Shown here piece after piece: positions 13,824 through 25,963 of a stretch of DNA of 64,000 bases; within the stretch, counting starts at the first letter, position 1; each line of letters starts with the position of its first letter. The notes below the pieces were generated by a model. The model made no database searches and was not told where the DNA came from. It worked only from the letters and a program-made list of their open reading frames with translations. Both the position numbers and the translations under genes were made by a program. Source of the DNA: Dendrobates tinctorius (Eukaryota); the NCBI RefSeq assembly GCF_039654945.1, contig NW_027361861.1, positions 2,604,001 to 2,668,000 of the forward strand, written 5' to 3'.

Positions 13824-15081
13824 ATAATGTGAATGAAAGATATAATCAGGGTATCAAATTGAATATCATATAGACACCCTCAAAAAAACAATACTTTATT
13901 AATAAAAGAACCCCAAAAAAAGGGGATCACACCACAAAGTGAACACAACAAAAACAAAAAAGTGCCCAGAGAAAAAAACTTTAAAATGGGTATAATACTA
14001 CGAGTCCCTGTTTCAGGCTAGCACTCACGCCTTCCTTGCCGTGGAGGCTGGCACCCTAGGGGGGAGTGCTGTGGCGCCCCCGCTCAACAATGACTCTCCC
14101 TAGGGACACTGTTGTACCATGAAGCCACTAGGGGAACCCCTTTCCCGATATTAAAGGGACCCCTAGCACTATACAAAGGCAATTCCTACGATAAGGAGAC
14201 CCTATACCCCAATTAAAAACAAAAGTAGGAACACACCGGCAATATGATGATATATTAAGGTGAAGATGAAATATAGATTAACAAGTCCTCCTTAAACTCT
14301 CGAATTGTAAAACCACTGGAGTGGTATATTTGGCTACATACTCCTGTCCGAAATACTATATAGGTAAGACCATAGATACCTGAGCATTATGCCTGTTATA
14401 TGTGCACTTTAATGACTGACCCTGAATGGGTGATATCTATATACATTGTGGGTATGTACTCAGAGGTTATTGACCCGTTATGGGTCTAAATGTATCTTTT
14501 GTCTGAGGGTGATTCCCTGTGCTATCCACTCTCTGTTGGGCAAGCCTGAACTAATGTGCATCTAATGGTCAGAATTGGTGCTTTTCATGGGTATTCGCAT
14601 CATATGGTGATGTAACTGACATTATATCCTCTGATTTTGAGTTTAAGGAGGACTTGTTAATCTATATTTCATCTTCACCTTAATATACCATCATATTGCC
14701 TGCCGGTGTGTTCGTACATTTGTTTTTAATTGGGGTATAGGGTCCTCCTTATCATAGGAATTGCCTTTGTATAGTGCTAGGGGTCCCTTTAGTATCGGGA
14801 AAGGGGTTCCCCTAGTGGCTGCATGGTACAACAGGGTCCCTAGGGAGAGCCATCATTGAGCGGAGGCGCCACAACGCTCCCCCCTAGGGTGCCAACCTCC
14901 GCGGCAAGGAAGGCGTGAATGCTAGTCTGTAACAGGGACTCGTAGTATTATCCCCATTTTAAAGTTTTTTTCTCTGGGCACTTTTTTGTTTTTGTTGTGT
15001 TCACTTTGTGGTGTGATCCCCTTTTTTGGGGGTTCTTTTATTTATAAAGTATTGTTTTTTTGAGGGTGTCTATATGATATT
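13824..15081. mobile_element. Penelope-like element with inverted pLTR arms
   Basis: Inverted arms 13860-14299 / 14639-15083; 15-bp TSD CAGCTTATATAATCA (13809-13823, 15082-15096); GIY-YIG remnant in the spacer. Confidence 0.8.
14303..14374 (+). pseudogene. GIY-YIG endonuclease remnant (PLE)
   Basis: Translates NCKTTGVVYLATYSCPKYYIGKTI. Confidence 0.75.
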
Positions 15082-16621
15082 CAGCTTATATAATCAGCAA
15101 TATCTCAAATCTGTAATATTAAAGATAAAGTAATATTAAGCACACACTACTTATGTAAGGAAAAATAACTAAATATTATCTCAATACTATAGGGAATTTA
15201 GGTAATTATAAACTGTTATTACATTTTACACTGATAGTCAGAAGAAATAGTTGTCTCCAGTGTGAGAGCTTACATATATGGTGACATATACAAGCTACTA
15301 CAATGGTAAAACAAGTGGAGCGTCCTCATAAGATGGTAGGCTGCTGTATTCTATCAAACAAATAGCTCCTTATTAGAGATAGGCGGACGTCTGGATGTTC
15401 GAGTCCAGCCGAACAGTTAAAAAAAGTTCAATTGAATGGGGGGCCAGAACATCTAGTGTTTGTGATACTGTCATGTGCATGACAGCTCGGCACACACCAC
15501 TTCCGATTGGCAGTAAAATCATTACGGGTCAGACAGCCGTAGTTCCCACACTGTCAAATAACAGCGTCAGCCTGCAGCTGTGATCAGAGGTATAAAGTTT
15601 ACCACCAATCACTGGTGTTGGCTGATGGGACTACTGCTCCCATCAGCAGACACCTGCTGCCGCTAACAACAGTGAGAGCTGGAGCAGCTGATGAGAGTAT
15701 TCATCGCCTGCCGCTTGTGCTATAAATAAATAATTAAAAAATAAATTAATTAAAAAAAACGATGTGGGTTCCCCTATATTTTTGATAACCAGCCAGGCAA
15801 AACTCACAGCTGGGGGCTGCAACCCTCAGCTGTCAGCTTCAGCAAGGCTGGTTATCAAGTATAGAGGGTCCCCACGCTTTTTTTTTAATTATTTAAAATA
15901 ATTTAAATAAAATGGCATGGGGTCCCCCTATTTTTGACAACCAGCTGGGGGCTGGTATTCTCAGGCTGGTAAGGGGCCATGGATATTGACCCCCCAGCTT
16001 AAAAATAGCAGCCCGCAGCTGCCCAGAAAAGTCACAGATGTGCCAACTCTGGCGCTTTCCCTGGCTCTTCCAAGTTGCTCTGTAGTGGGGTTCATATTTG
16101 TGGGGTTGATGTCACCTTTGTATTGTCTGGTGACATCAAGTCCATAGCTTAGTAATAGTGAGGCATCTATAAGACATCCATCCATACTGTAAATAAAGAC
16201 ACAGCAAGTATAAAGTCTTTTATTTGAAATAAAAACAAAACACACTTTTCCTTTTTTTTATTTAAAAATAACAAACACAGTTACACTCACCTAACACCTA
16301 TTCCATTGAATCCCTCATCTCCCGTCATAAAACAAAAATAAAAAAAACAACATCCCTCACCTGTCCGTTCATATGTCCCACGCCATATTCCATAAGTTGA
16401 TGAAAAATTTGCAGTTACTTTATTCTGCCCTCTTTAGTGACGTTTTGAACTACATGATCTTTTTTAAGCACAGCACATGTCACAATAACCCCATTTAAAT
16501 AGTCTCCAAAACCACCCCTTAATTAGCAATAACCAATCACCGACAAGCAATAGCACTTATATATCAGCAATATATAATATTATAAGCTGATCCTGGATGG
16601 GACTATTGAATTATTCATATA

Positions 16622-17278
16622 CTAGATGGTGGCCCAATTCGAATGCATCGGGTATTCTAGAATATGTATGTACCGTATTTTTCGCTTTATAAGATGGTGG
16701 CGCTTTTTATAATCCAGGCATCTTATTGCTTACCGGGGGGTGGTGGGATGTGGGGTCCCAGGGTTGCTGCTGGAAGAAGCGTGAGTGGAACGTTGCTGCT
16801 AGGATGAGGGGGTGTTTTGATGTGCGGCACGCCACTGCGGGTGTCCGATGCTGCCGCTGTGGTATGTTCCCGTGCTTTGTACCTGGTGCTGCCGCCCATT
16901 CTGTCCCCCGGTGCTGCCGGGTGTTGTCGCCCGCTCTGTCCCCCAGTGCTGCCACCCGCTCTGTCCCCCGGTGCTGCCAGGTGCTACCGCCATGCTCTGT
17001 TTGCCGGGTGCTGCCGCCGCTGTGCTCTGTCCCCCGATGCTTGCAGCCGCCAGCGCGCTCTGTCCTGTGCTGCCTGGGGGGCTCTGCCGTTCCATCCATG
17101 CTTACTTGCCTGTGCGGTGGATTGCTTCCTGGAAAATGGCTGCCATGCAAGCGCAGATGGAGATCTCGGCACTGAAAACTCAGGAAATCTTGGTCGCGGC
17201 CGGCCGGGCGTGACCAATCAGCGGCACAGGATTTCCGTTACAAACAGACAGACAGAATTAGACGATTATTATATAGGA
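16622..17278 (-). mobile_element. Non-autonomous Helitron
   Basis: Minus strand starts TC, ends CTAG with an imperfect hairpin (cccgatgc..gaattggg) just upstream; inserted between A and T; internal GC-rich tandem repeats. Confidence 0.75.
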
Positions 17279-18020
17279 TGTGCTGCATGTATCTTGTTGT
17301 AACGATTGATTATAATAATGATCAGTGTTATAGTTGATTTAGGGTAATGATCAATGAATCTTTATGTAGGTTAGACACACAAGGGTTAATATATTCAATT
17401 GGTGGATAACAGATTACTATTAATATATTTCATTGAGCTATAGTCTATTTTGTTCTGTCATTATATATTAACGGGTGAAAGATAACTATGTAAATTTGAC
17501 TTATGAAAGTTATATCTGAAATTTTACTACTGAATGATCTTTGAATCATGTGACTGCATCATGTGATGCTAGTGACTATGCAGGAATCGATGAAGGACCT
17601 TTGTGACGTCAGAGTCTTTTATTGAGAACTGGATTATAACCAATGAGGGAAGGAAGCAGAGACATGCGCAGATCGCACATCTTTCTCATTGAACAAGGTG
17701 AACAGGAGGCGGCTCTACAACAGATGATCGCCATGGTAACAAAAATGCTATAGATTCATTGGTGGAGCAATACCAGCCTCCCTATGTGGCATGTATGTGT
17801 TTGGGGCATAAATATTAATTTATAGGAGTCTGATGAATGATCAGGGGGCCCGTTCCTGATGCTGCATTGATGCTCTCGTAATCCCTGATGAGTTGGGATG
17901 TTTTTTAAGTGTATTAAGAGTATTGCTGATATACAAGTGTTATTGCTTGTCGGTGATTGGCTATTGCTAATTAAGGGGTGGTTTTGGAGACTATTTAAAC
18001 GGGGTTATTGTGACATGTGC

Positions 18021-18060
18021 TGTGCTTGAAAAAGATCATGTAGATCGAAACGTCGCCACA
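18021..18060 (+). ncRNA. Type-I hammerhead motif, U3-A8 core variant
   Basis: TGTGC-TTGAAAA-A-GATC(ATGTA)GATC-GAAA-CG-TC-GC(C)ACA; GUC site; AATAAA at 18069. Confidence 0.65.
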
Positions 18061-18673
18061 GAGGGCAGAATAAAGAGACTGCAAATTTTCCACCAACTTA
18101 TGAGGCGCTGTCTTCATTTTCTATTTGAACGTCTGGATGTTTTCCGGGAAGAACTCTCTGGAATTGACGTGCGCCTCTATTGTGGGTAAAGTTAACCACT
18201 TATTGCTATGAGGCTGGGCTGGACTGCAGTGATCTCCCTCCGGTGAGATCACTGCAAGCACAGTGAGAAAAAGTCACACGGTGCAGAGGCGAGTTCACCG
18301 CAGTTCAAATTCAGTGCAGTGAAATTTTCCCGGTAAACTCACCTCTGCACCGTGAGACTTTTTGGGAACCACAGCTCTCTGACAGACGGTAATGATTTTA
18401 CTGCCAATCAGAAGCAGTGTTTGCTGTATTATCATGCAGATGACACAGCGACAAACACCCAATGTTCGGGGGGCCAAACCCGAACATTAACACAGACTTC
18501 CTGGTGAAGTCTGTGTTCGGTGTCCGTGCCCGAACAGTAGGTGTTCAGTACGGACGCTGAGCTTTACTCCTCAGGTTCGCCCATCTCTACTCATTATTCC
18601 ATACTCAGTTATAATATGCTGCCCTGGTGGGTTTTCCCATTGCAAAATGTTTTAGCATTTTATTAGGATATGA

Positions 18674-19615
18674 TAGAATCATAGAATGTAAGAGTTGGAA
18701 GGGACTTCAAAGGTCATAATGTCCACCCCCTGCTCAATGTAGGATTCACTAAACCATCTCATACAGATGTCTGTCTAGCCTCTGTATGAAGACTTCCATT
18801 GAGACAAAACTCATCACCTCTAGTGGCAGCCTGTTCCACTCATTGATCATTCTCATTGTCAAAAAGTTTTTTCTAATATCTAATCTGTATCTTCTCCCTT
18901 TCAGTTTCATTCCAATGCTTCTCATATTTTCATATGCAAATGAGAATAATGATGACTAGGGATGAGTGAGTATTCTCGTTAGGATTCGGTACTCAGCGAG
19001 TAATGTGGTACTCGCGGTACTCGAATTCTGGCAAGTATTTCACTACTCGCCTCGCAATATTCGGCACAGCCCAGCACAGTCCCCGCACAGTCCCTGTACA
19101 GTCCAGCACAGTCCCGCACAGCCCTGCACAGTCCCCGCACAGCCCAGCACAGTCCCGCACAGCCCTGCACAGTCCCACACAGCCCGGCACAGTCCCTGCA
19201 CGGTACCTGCACAGCCCAGCACAGTCCCCGCACAGCTCGGAACAGTCCCCGCACAGTACCTGCACAGCCCGGCACAGTCTTCGCACAGTCCCCGCCCAGC
19301 CCAGCACACACACACAGCCCATTGCGTGCATTTCCCATAGACTTACATTGGACTCATTACGAGTACCCGAGTATAAGGAGGTACTCGTAATGAGTACAGC
19401 GAGTCCGAGTATTTCACTACTCGCTCATCCCTAATGATGACCTCTCTACACTGGGACATTCCTTCACATATTTGTAGACAGCTATTAAGTCCTCTTAACC
19501 TTCTTTTTTGCAAGGTAAACATTCCCAGATCTTTTCACCGTTCCTCGTAGGACATACTTTGCAGTTCGCTTACCATCCTGTTAGCTCTTCTCTGAACTTG
19601 CTCCAGTTTTTCAAA
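18674..19615 (-). mobile_element. CR1 LINE 3' fragment interrupted by a hAT MITE
   Basis: (atagaatc) tail; minus strand encodes FEKLEQVQRRANRMVSELQSMSYEER. Confidence 0.85.
18957..19433. mobile_element. hAT MITE with internal GCACAG(T)CCC minisatellite
   Basis: TIRs TAGGGATGAG / CTCATCCCTA; 8-bp TSD ATGATGAC (18949-18956, 19434-19441). Confidence 0.9.
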
Positions 19616-21242
19616 CTGACTCAAACAGGTGCCATTACTACAGGTAATGACTGGAGGACAAGTCCAAACAGGTGCCATTACTACAGATAATGATGGAGGA
19701 CAGAGGAGCCTCATAAAGAAGAAGTTACAGGTCTGTGAGAGCCAGAAATTTTGCATGTTTTTAGGTGACCAAATACTTATTTACCACCATAATTTGCAAA
19801 CTAAATCTTGCCAAATCAGGCAACGTGATTTTCTGGATTTGTTTTCTCATTTTGACTCTCATAGTTGTGGTCTACCTATGATGTAAATTATCAAACGACG
19901 AAAAACAAAACAAAAAAAAAATGAAGAAATGTCCATAATCAGTTAAATAGTTTAATTGGAAAAGTCAAAGTAGATACGGAAAGGGGTGGGAACAAAATGC
20001 CAAAAGGAGGGGCTATGCTGGGGATCAATAACAATGATACAATGCACAAAATAAATATGGGGCTAAAAAATGGCTATATATTAACCATAAATATTATATA
20101 CATCTATAAATTAATGATTGATCTATTAAGTATTCCCATATAAGTGCATGTAGAAATAAATAAAATGCAAATGCAAGCAATATTCTGATCAATTCAGAGT
20201 CACGGAAAAAGGGAATACAGATAAAGTGCAAATGCCTAGATATATACAAAAAACACCAAAATATAGATTGCAGCTACTTCAAATAGCACCATGTATAGCA
20301 TATAATCAAATTCCTTAAAAAATATATACATATATATATGCGCCGTAGAAATATACAATAGCGGTGGACTTAGTATAAATGCCCACTCAGGGGTTAGGCT
20401 CATCCTGGGGATCATATACACAAACATAAGGTAAAACTTGCAGAAACCTTATAACTATTACTATCTTTGCTTACATCACCATATTTATGGTTTGGGCATA
20501 TTATCATTACAAGTACTGTCATTCCTGTCTTATATCTTGATTAGTGGGCATTTATACTAAGTCCACCGCTATTGTATATTTCTACGGCGCATATATATGT
20601 ATATATTTTTTAAGGAATTTGATTACATGCTATACATGGTGCTATTTGAAGTAGCTGCAATCTATATTTTGGTGTTCTTTGTATATATCTAGGCATTTGC
20701 ACTTTATCTGTATTCCCTTGTTCCGTGACTCTGAATTGATCAGAATATTGCTTTGCATTTGTATTTTATTTATTTCTACATACACAAATATGGGAATATT
20801 TATACTTAATAGATCAATCATTAATTTATAGATGTATATAATATTTATGGTTAATATATAGCCATTTTTAGCCCCATATTTATTTTGTGCATTGTATCAT
20901 TGTTATTGATCCCCAGCATAGCCCCTCCTTTTGGTATTTTGTTCCCACCCCTTTCCGTATCTACTTTGACTTTTCTAAATAAACTATTTAACTTATTATG
21001 GACATTTCTTCGCTTTTTTTTCGTCATTTGATATTTAATATTCCGATAGTCATCCAATATTGTCCATTTTGTGCAGTGTTTAAGTGATCTACAAATATCT
21101 TATTTTAAATGTATTTATTTAAATATGCACTTTTGTCTTGGCAATTTGTTGAAACTATGATGTCAGTTACAGGCCTCTCTCATCTTTTTAAGTGGGAGAA
21201 CTTGCACAAATGGTGGCTGACTAAATACTTTTTTCCCCACTG
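19616..21242 (-). mobile_element. Tc1-like long-TIR end fragment (same family as 55061-57568) split by a fold-back insertion
   Basis: Closely matches 57270-57568; ends ttttccccactg|TA. Confidence 0.8.
19891..21154. mobile_element. Fold-back insertion, probably PLE-derived
   Basis: Inverted arms ~19891-20387 / 20543-21033; ~15-bp imperfect TSD ctatgatgt(a/c)a(a/g)tta (19876-19890, 21155-21169). Confidence 0.6.
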
Positions 21243-21386
21243 TATGCTGCCTGATCCATGAACAGCATGTTTCAGACACTGGCTGTATGAGTTCAGTCAT
21301 GTGTGTTTGACTCTGATACGCTCGTGCATTTTGGAGAAAAACATACTGTGGTGTGACTGGTAGTCAAGTGGTTAATGGAAGGTATG

Positions 21387-22135
21387 TGTCACAGGGATGG
21401 TAGCTCCCTGTGATGTAGCCCGGAGTGTTTTTCTTAAGTGAATGTAGATTTTTAAGTACAGTAGTTGCTGTTCACATTTGGGTCCGGGCTACAGGTAGCT
21501 GTGAGAGTTGGGAGGGTCTTGCTACCCATGTACCATAAACTGTGGTGAGGGGGCTCACTGTACCCCATTTTGTCTGAAGATATGTGTGTGGTTGTGAATC
21601 TGAAGGACCTGCAATGAGGTCATAGCCATGTGATCCATACCTCACCTGTGGGTGTGGCTATGGACCATATAAGGTGAGCAGGGTGGGTCACATGAGAGAG
21701 AGTGCATGGATATGATTGGGCCATGTGGAAGGTCCCAGAAGGCCTAGGTGTTGGATGATGTGCTGCCTTCCTGAAGGGCACTTGCTGAGGCTGCTGACCT
21801 GGTGAGGCCTGTGTACATTGGCCTGTGTGTGTTGGACAGTCACCAGGAGGAAACAGACGTCCAGAATGAGGAGTAACTAAGAGGTAACCCTGGACAGGGT
21901 GAACTAACTGTGTTTAGGCAAGAGCCTGTGTGCTGGACATATCACAGCCTGTGTGACCACAGGTCTAACAGAGCGGAGCTCTGTCATGAACATTCTTCTG
22001 TTCTGATATAAGCCTGTTATTTTTTCTTCATGCTTCCATGGTTTATGCCGTCTAGCAATAAACCGTATGGATGTTTTATGTGAAAAACTCTGTGCAGGAC
22101 CCTGCTAATCTGCTGCCAAGTGAGTGTCCCCAACA
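21387..22135 (+). mobile_element. LTR-like sequence (probable solo LTR)
   Basis: TG...CA ends, TATA-like catataa (~21667), AATAAA (~22057); no clear TSD. Confidence 0.45.
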
Positions 22136-22554
22136 TGAATAATAAGCGCTACTTTACAATACTTTAAAAGCCGCTGCAACCAAACTGCATAAGAGACTAA
22201 TCAGAGAGGCATATCCCCGGCAACTTCTCCCCACCCACTGTCAGTGACTCACAGGTCTCTCACTGCATGCAGGTATAGGGAGACACCTGTCAGACACAGG
22301 CAGTGTGTGAGGCGAAGACCGGCATTTCATCAACTATTCACCCATGCGACTTGGTCCCCAGCAAAACACTGCAGCATTTCAGAGTCAAACATACCAGCCA
22401 GCGACTGAAACATGCTATTATAGGATCAGGCAGAATTTATCATTGTTCAAGTTCCCTTTAAGAGGCACAAGGACACTCCTTTCCAAACACAAACTCTGCC
22501 ACCATCAGGGCATTCCTGCCACCATCAGGGCCCAGTGAGCAAAAGGGGCCTGAC

Positions 22555-22900
22555 CTAGGGCAGTGTGGAGAGACATGGGACAGTGTGGAGAGACATGGGG
22601 GCAGTCTGGAGGAACATTGGGGCAGTATGAAGAGACATGGGGCAGTATGGGGCAGTATAGAGACATGGGGGCAGTATGAAGGGACAGGGGGCAGTAGGCA
22701 GAGACATGGGGCAGTATGGAGAGACATGGGGGCAGTATGGATAGACATGGGGGCAGTATGGATAGACATGGGCCAAGTGTGGGAGAACATATGGGGCCAG
22801 GAATGGGAGAACGTATGGGGTCAGGAATGGGAGAACAAATGGGGCAAGGAATGAGACACAAGGAGCCAGGGATGAGACACGTGGGGGACAGAATGGCGTG
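22555..22900 (+). repeat. ~21-bp minisatellite (ggggcagtatggagagacatg) in a MITE-like repeat
   Basis: Direct tandem units visible; source of several spurious ORFs. Confidence 0.85.
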
Positions 22901-25380
22901 TATATGGAAGCAGGATGGGGGATATTATTACTGTTGAAGCTAATTAAGGGATATCATTACTGCTGTGATCTACTTTATGTTTTTGGATACTGTTTTCAGT
23001 GGTGGGTGTCCAGTTACTGTGCAGGGCAACACTGTTGCTTTTTTCTTCATCTGGCGCAGTGTAGAAGCTGGAGAAAAATTGGGAAATGTGCTCTAGATGA
23101 CCGTGTTATTTTTCTGCAGAGAAGATTCCTGGCTAGTAGAAGTGATGGCGGTCTTTGCTGAATAAAGATGAAGGACTTCAACTAGAGACGTTACCGGTGA
23201 GTCAGTGTGTTTCTTGTACACTGACACTATACACGTTATACTATATACAGAACTCCTCTGCATAATGTCACGGCTGATCACTGACCTGACCTGTACACTA
23301 ACACTATATACACAGCTCCTGCTTATAATGTCACCAGTGATTCCTGTATTACCTGTACACTGACACTATTTACAGAGCTCCTGTGTATGATGTCACTGGA
23401 GATCACTGTATTATTTTTGTGTAATCAGTATGTACAACTATGTAATTTTTTTTCACATTCCAGAGTAGGGGGCACAAATGTGTGTGGAAATTCCTAATGT
23501 AAAAAATTCCAAGGAAGCTAGAGAAAAATCAGAGGACATCTTTGCCTTGGGGCTTAACACAAATGTACTATGTTATGTGCCTTCCATTAAAAACAAAGCT
23601 GTTCAAACAGTTCCCATCTTCAATTTGACCTACATACAACTATTTTAAGAGTCAAGCAGCACAAGCATTTCTAGTTAAAACTGATAAAATATCCGGCATG
23701 TTAAAGTGCTTTAAATGCCAACAGCTAAGATAACCATTCTACGGACAGCATTTATGGAGCAGCAGACGTACTGTAAATGGGTCACAGCCAAATTCCTGTA
23801 ACATAGGATTAGCAGCGATGCAGTGTGGTTAAAACCATGATTGCTGCAGAGGTGGGGTAAGCACTGTACTAGAAAATTAGGAATAAATAGAAGGAGATGC
23901 CTTCCTTTGTTTGTTTTCGAGCAGAAATCAGGCTACAGCGTTTCCCTTTTTAAGAAGGAACTATAATAGAAAACGATGAAATGCATCATCGTCTAGTTTA
24001 ACACTTGATATTTTGACATTTTTCAAGAAACGCCACTGCTATTATCTGTTGGAGTAAGTCCCCGTGACAGCGTGTAGCTCAAGCAGAATTAATTGGGTAA
24101 CAAAGAAAGCTGCAGTTTTGTGCCTTGAAAACAGCATGTAAAATAGTCAGGCTGCAATTCTTTATTCCTATTTATTTCCTGTTTCCTTAGTGCTATTTCT
24201 CAGGTCTGTCGCTGGCTGCTTATTACACCTGTGTATGTATTGTGAACAACCAAAGAACATATTCTTCAAAAAAGGTGATTTATTTTTTAAATCACTGGCA
24301 TCTTATTGTTTAAATTCTTCACAATGTGCATTATAATTATCATTATTGCTTTTTACACTTAGGCATAAATGCTTCAAATCGTATTCTTTTTCATTCTTAC
24401 AAATTCTTCCCAGTGAGGGTGGGTGTGAGTAAGAAAACCTCTAAATGTCTAATTAATTAATAAAGGCACTACAGGCCAGATTAATCATTTGCATTTTTAA
24501 GTCACTTTTCTTTTTTTTTTTTGCCATGTGGGATTTTTTGACGTTTTTGCACCAAATTCTTCAAAATTAAGCGCATGGTTTATGAATTTTATGAATAAAA
24601 AATACTCTTCATTTTTGTTTTTTACCTCTTTTTTTCATCTAATTAAAGCAAAAAGTTGCATTTATTTGTTACAATACTGCACAATTTGCACAAGAAAAAT
24701 TCAGACATAAATAAAATTACTCCGGTGGAAGGTTGGAGGGGGGGGGCGGGTTGGGATGGAGAGAATAAAGTACAGTTGAACTAAAAAGCTGCAATTGATG
24801 AATCGGCCAAAAACATACGGAAACCACAAACCGTGTCCACAATGGCAAACATAAAAAGACATTGGAAAAAAAGGCAAAGTTACAAGAATAAAAAGTGACA
24901 AATATAAAAGAAATAAAACAGGCCAAAACTTGAAAATAAAAGGCACAAATACATTAATGAATCAGATCCTATAAGTTCAGCATATGTTATAGTTTTGGAA
25001 ATATACAGGAAGATTTGCTGTGGTGACTTTACAGCATTTATTAAAAAAGGATTCCATAAAAAGTTTGCCCAAGATAATGCAAAAGCTACAGAGAGGCAGT
25101 AAACCATGTAAAATAAAGAAATAACACATACTCACACCTTTACTCCTGGCATTTCCAGCGCCATGTTCCCGATTGTCAAATGTATAAATTGGCTGCAGCG
25201 GTGATTTCCCGAATCCCCCACATGACATCTGCAACCAATCAATCTTCAGCAGACTCAAATTGTATACTGCTGCGGCCACAGACATCATGTGAGGTATAAA
25301 AAACAAAAAGACTGACTCACTTCCATACAGGAGACAGGTGTGTACAGGTGCAAACTAAGAGTAGGCATTTCTATACATAA

Positions 25381-25868
25381 ACAAATAAATTTGGCACTCT
25401 GTAGCACTACAGCATGAAAACATGAAATATATGAAATTAGTATTGCATTACTGCTATAGAAAACAATAAAAAATGGAGATGCTTAGCATATAATTTGATT
25501 AAGTCATTCATGCTCAGCAGCCAACGACAAGTCGATCTCCGGTTGCTGGGAACCTATCTAATGTGAATCCTCTTATAGGCTGAAGCTTGCAATTTTGGGT
25601 AGGTAGGATCTTGCTGCATTTAAAACCACCAGGGGCTGGTGAGTGGAGTGCTCGGCTACCTACCCATAAATGCAGGCTTCAGCCTTCTGAGAGAATTCAC
25701 ATTAGCTTCTAAGTAATCTAAGATCGCCTTGTTGCTGGCTTCTGGGAATGCATGAATAGGCCAAATTATGTGCCAAGCATCTCAATTTTTTCTTATTATC
25801 TAGAGTAGTTTTGCAATTCTATTTTCATGTCTGCATGCTATAGCGCTACAGAGTGCAACATTATTTGT
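25381..25868. repeat. Diverged ~490-bp palindrome (fold-back element)
   Basis: acaaataa..gcactctgtagc / gctacagagtgc..ttatttgt; inner aggctgaagc..gggtaggtag / ctacctaccc..gcttcagcct. Confidence 0.65.
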
Positions 25869-25963
25869 TTGTCATGTGAGGCATACTGAAAGCCATCCGT
25901 AGCCAATGTAAAGAAATGATGGGTGGGAAGCTTTTTTTGCATTATCTTGGACAACCCCTTTAA

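Larger units (their letters stand above)
16391..18127. mobile_element. Penelope-like element with inverted pLTR arms
   Basis: Inverted arms ~16391-16570 / 17921-18102, each with a hammerhead-like motif followed by AATAAA. Confidence 0.7.
15374..18589. mobile_element. Non-autonomous hAT element hosting nested PLE and Helitron
   Basis: TIRs TAGAGATAGGCGGAC / GTTCGCCCATCTCTA; 8-bp TSD CTCCTTAT / CTCATTAT. Confidence 0.75.

Noticed and set aside
16707-17302. Overlapping Cys/Arg/Ala-rich ORFs
   Set aside because: They arise from GC-rich tandem repeats inside the Helitron; open in several frames on both strands with no domain.
18966-19434. Multiple 90-140 aa ORFs
   Set aside because: Translation of the GCACAGCCC minisatellite in a hAT MITE.
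22458-22937. Repeat-spacer-like array and ORFs
   Set aside because: Contiguous minisatellite without unique spacers in eukaryotic DNA; not CRISPR and not coding.
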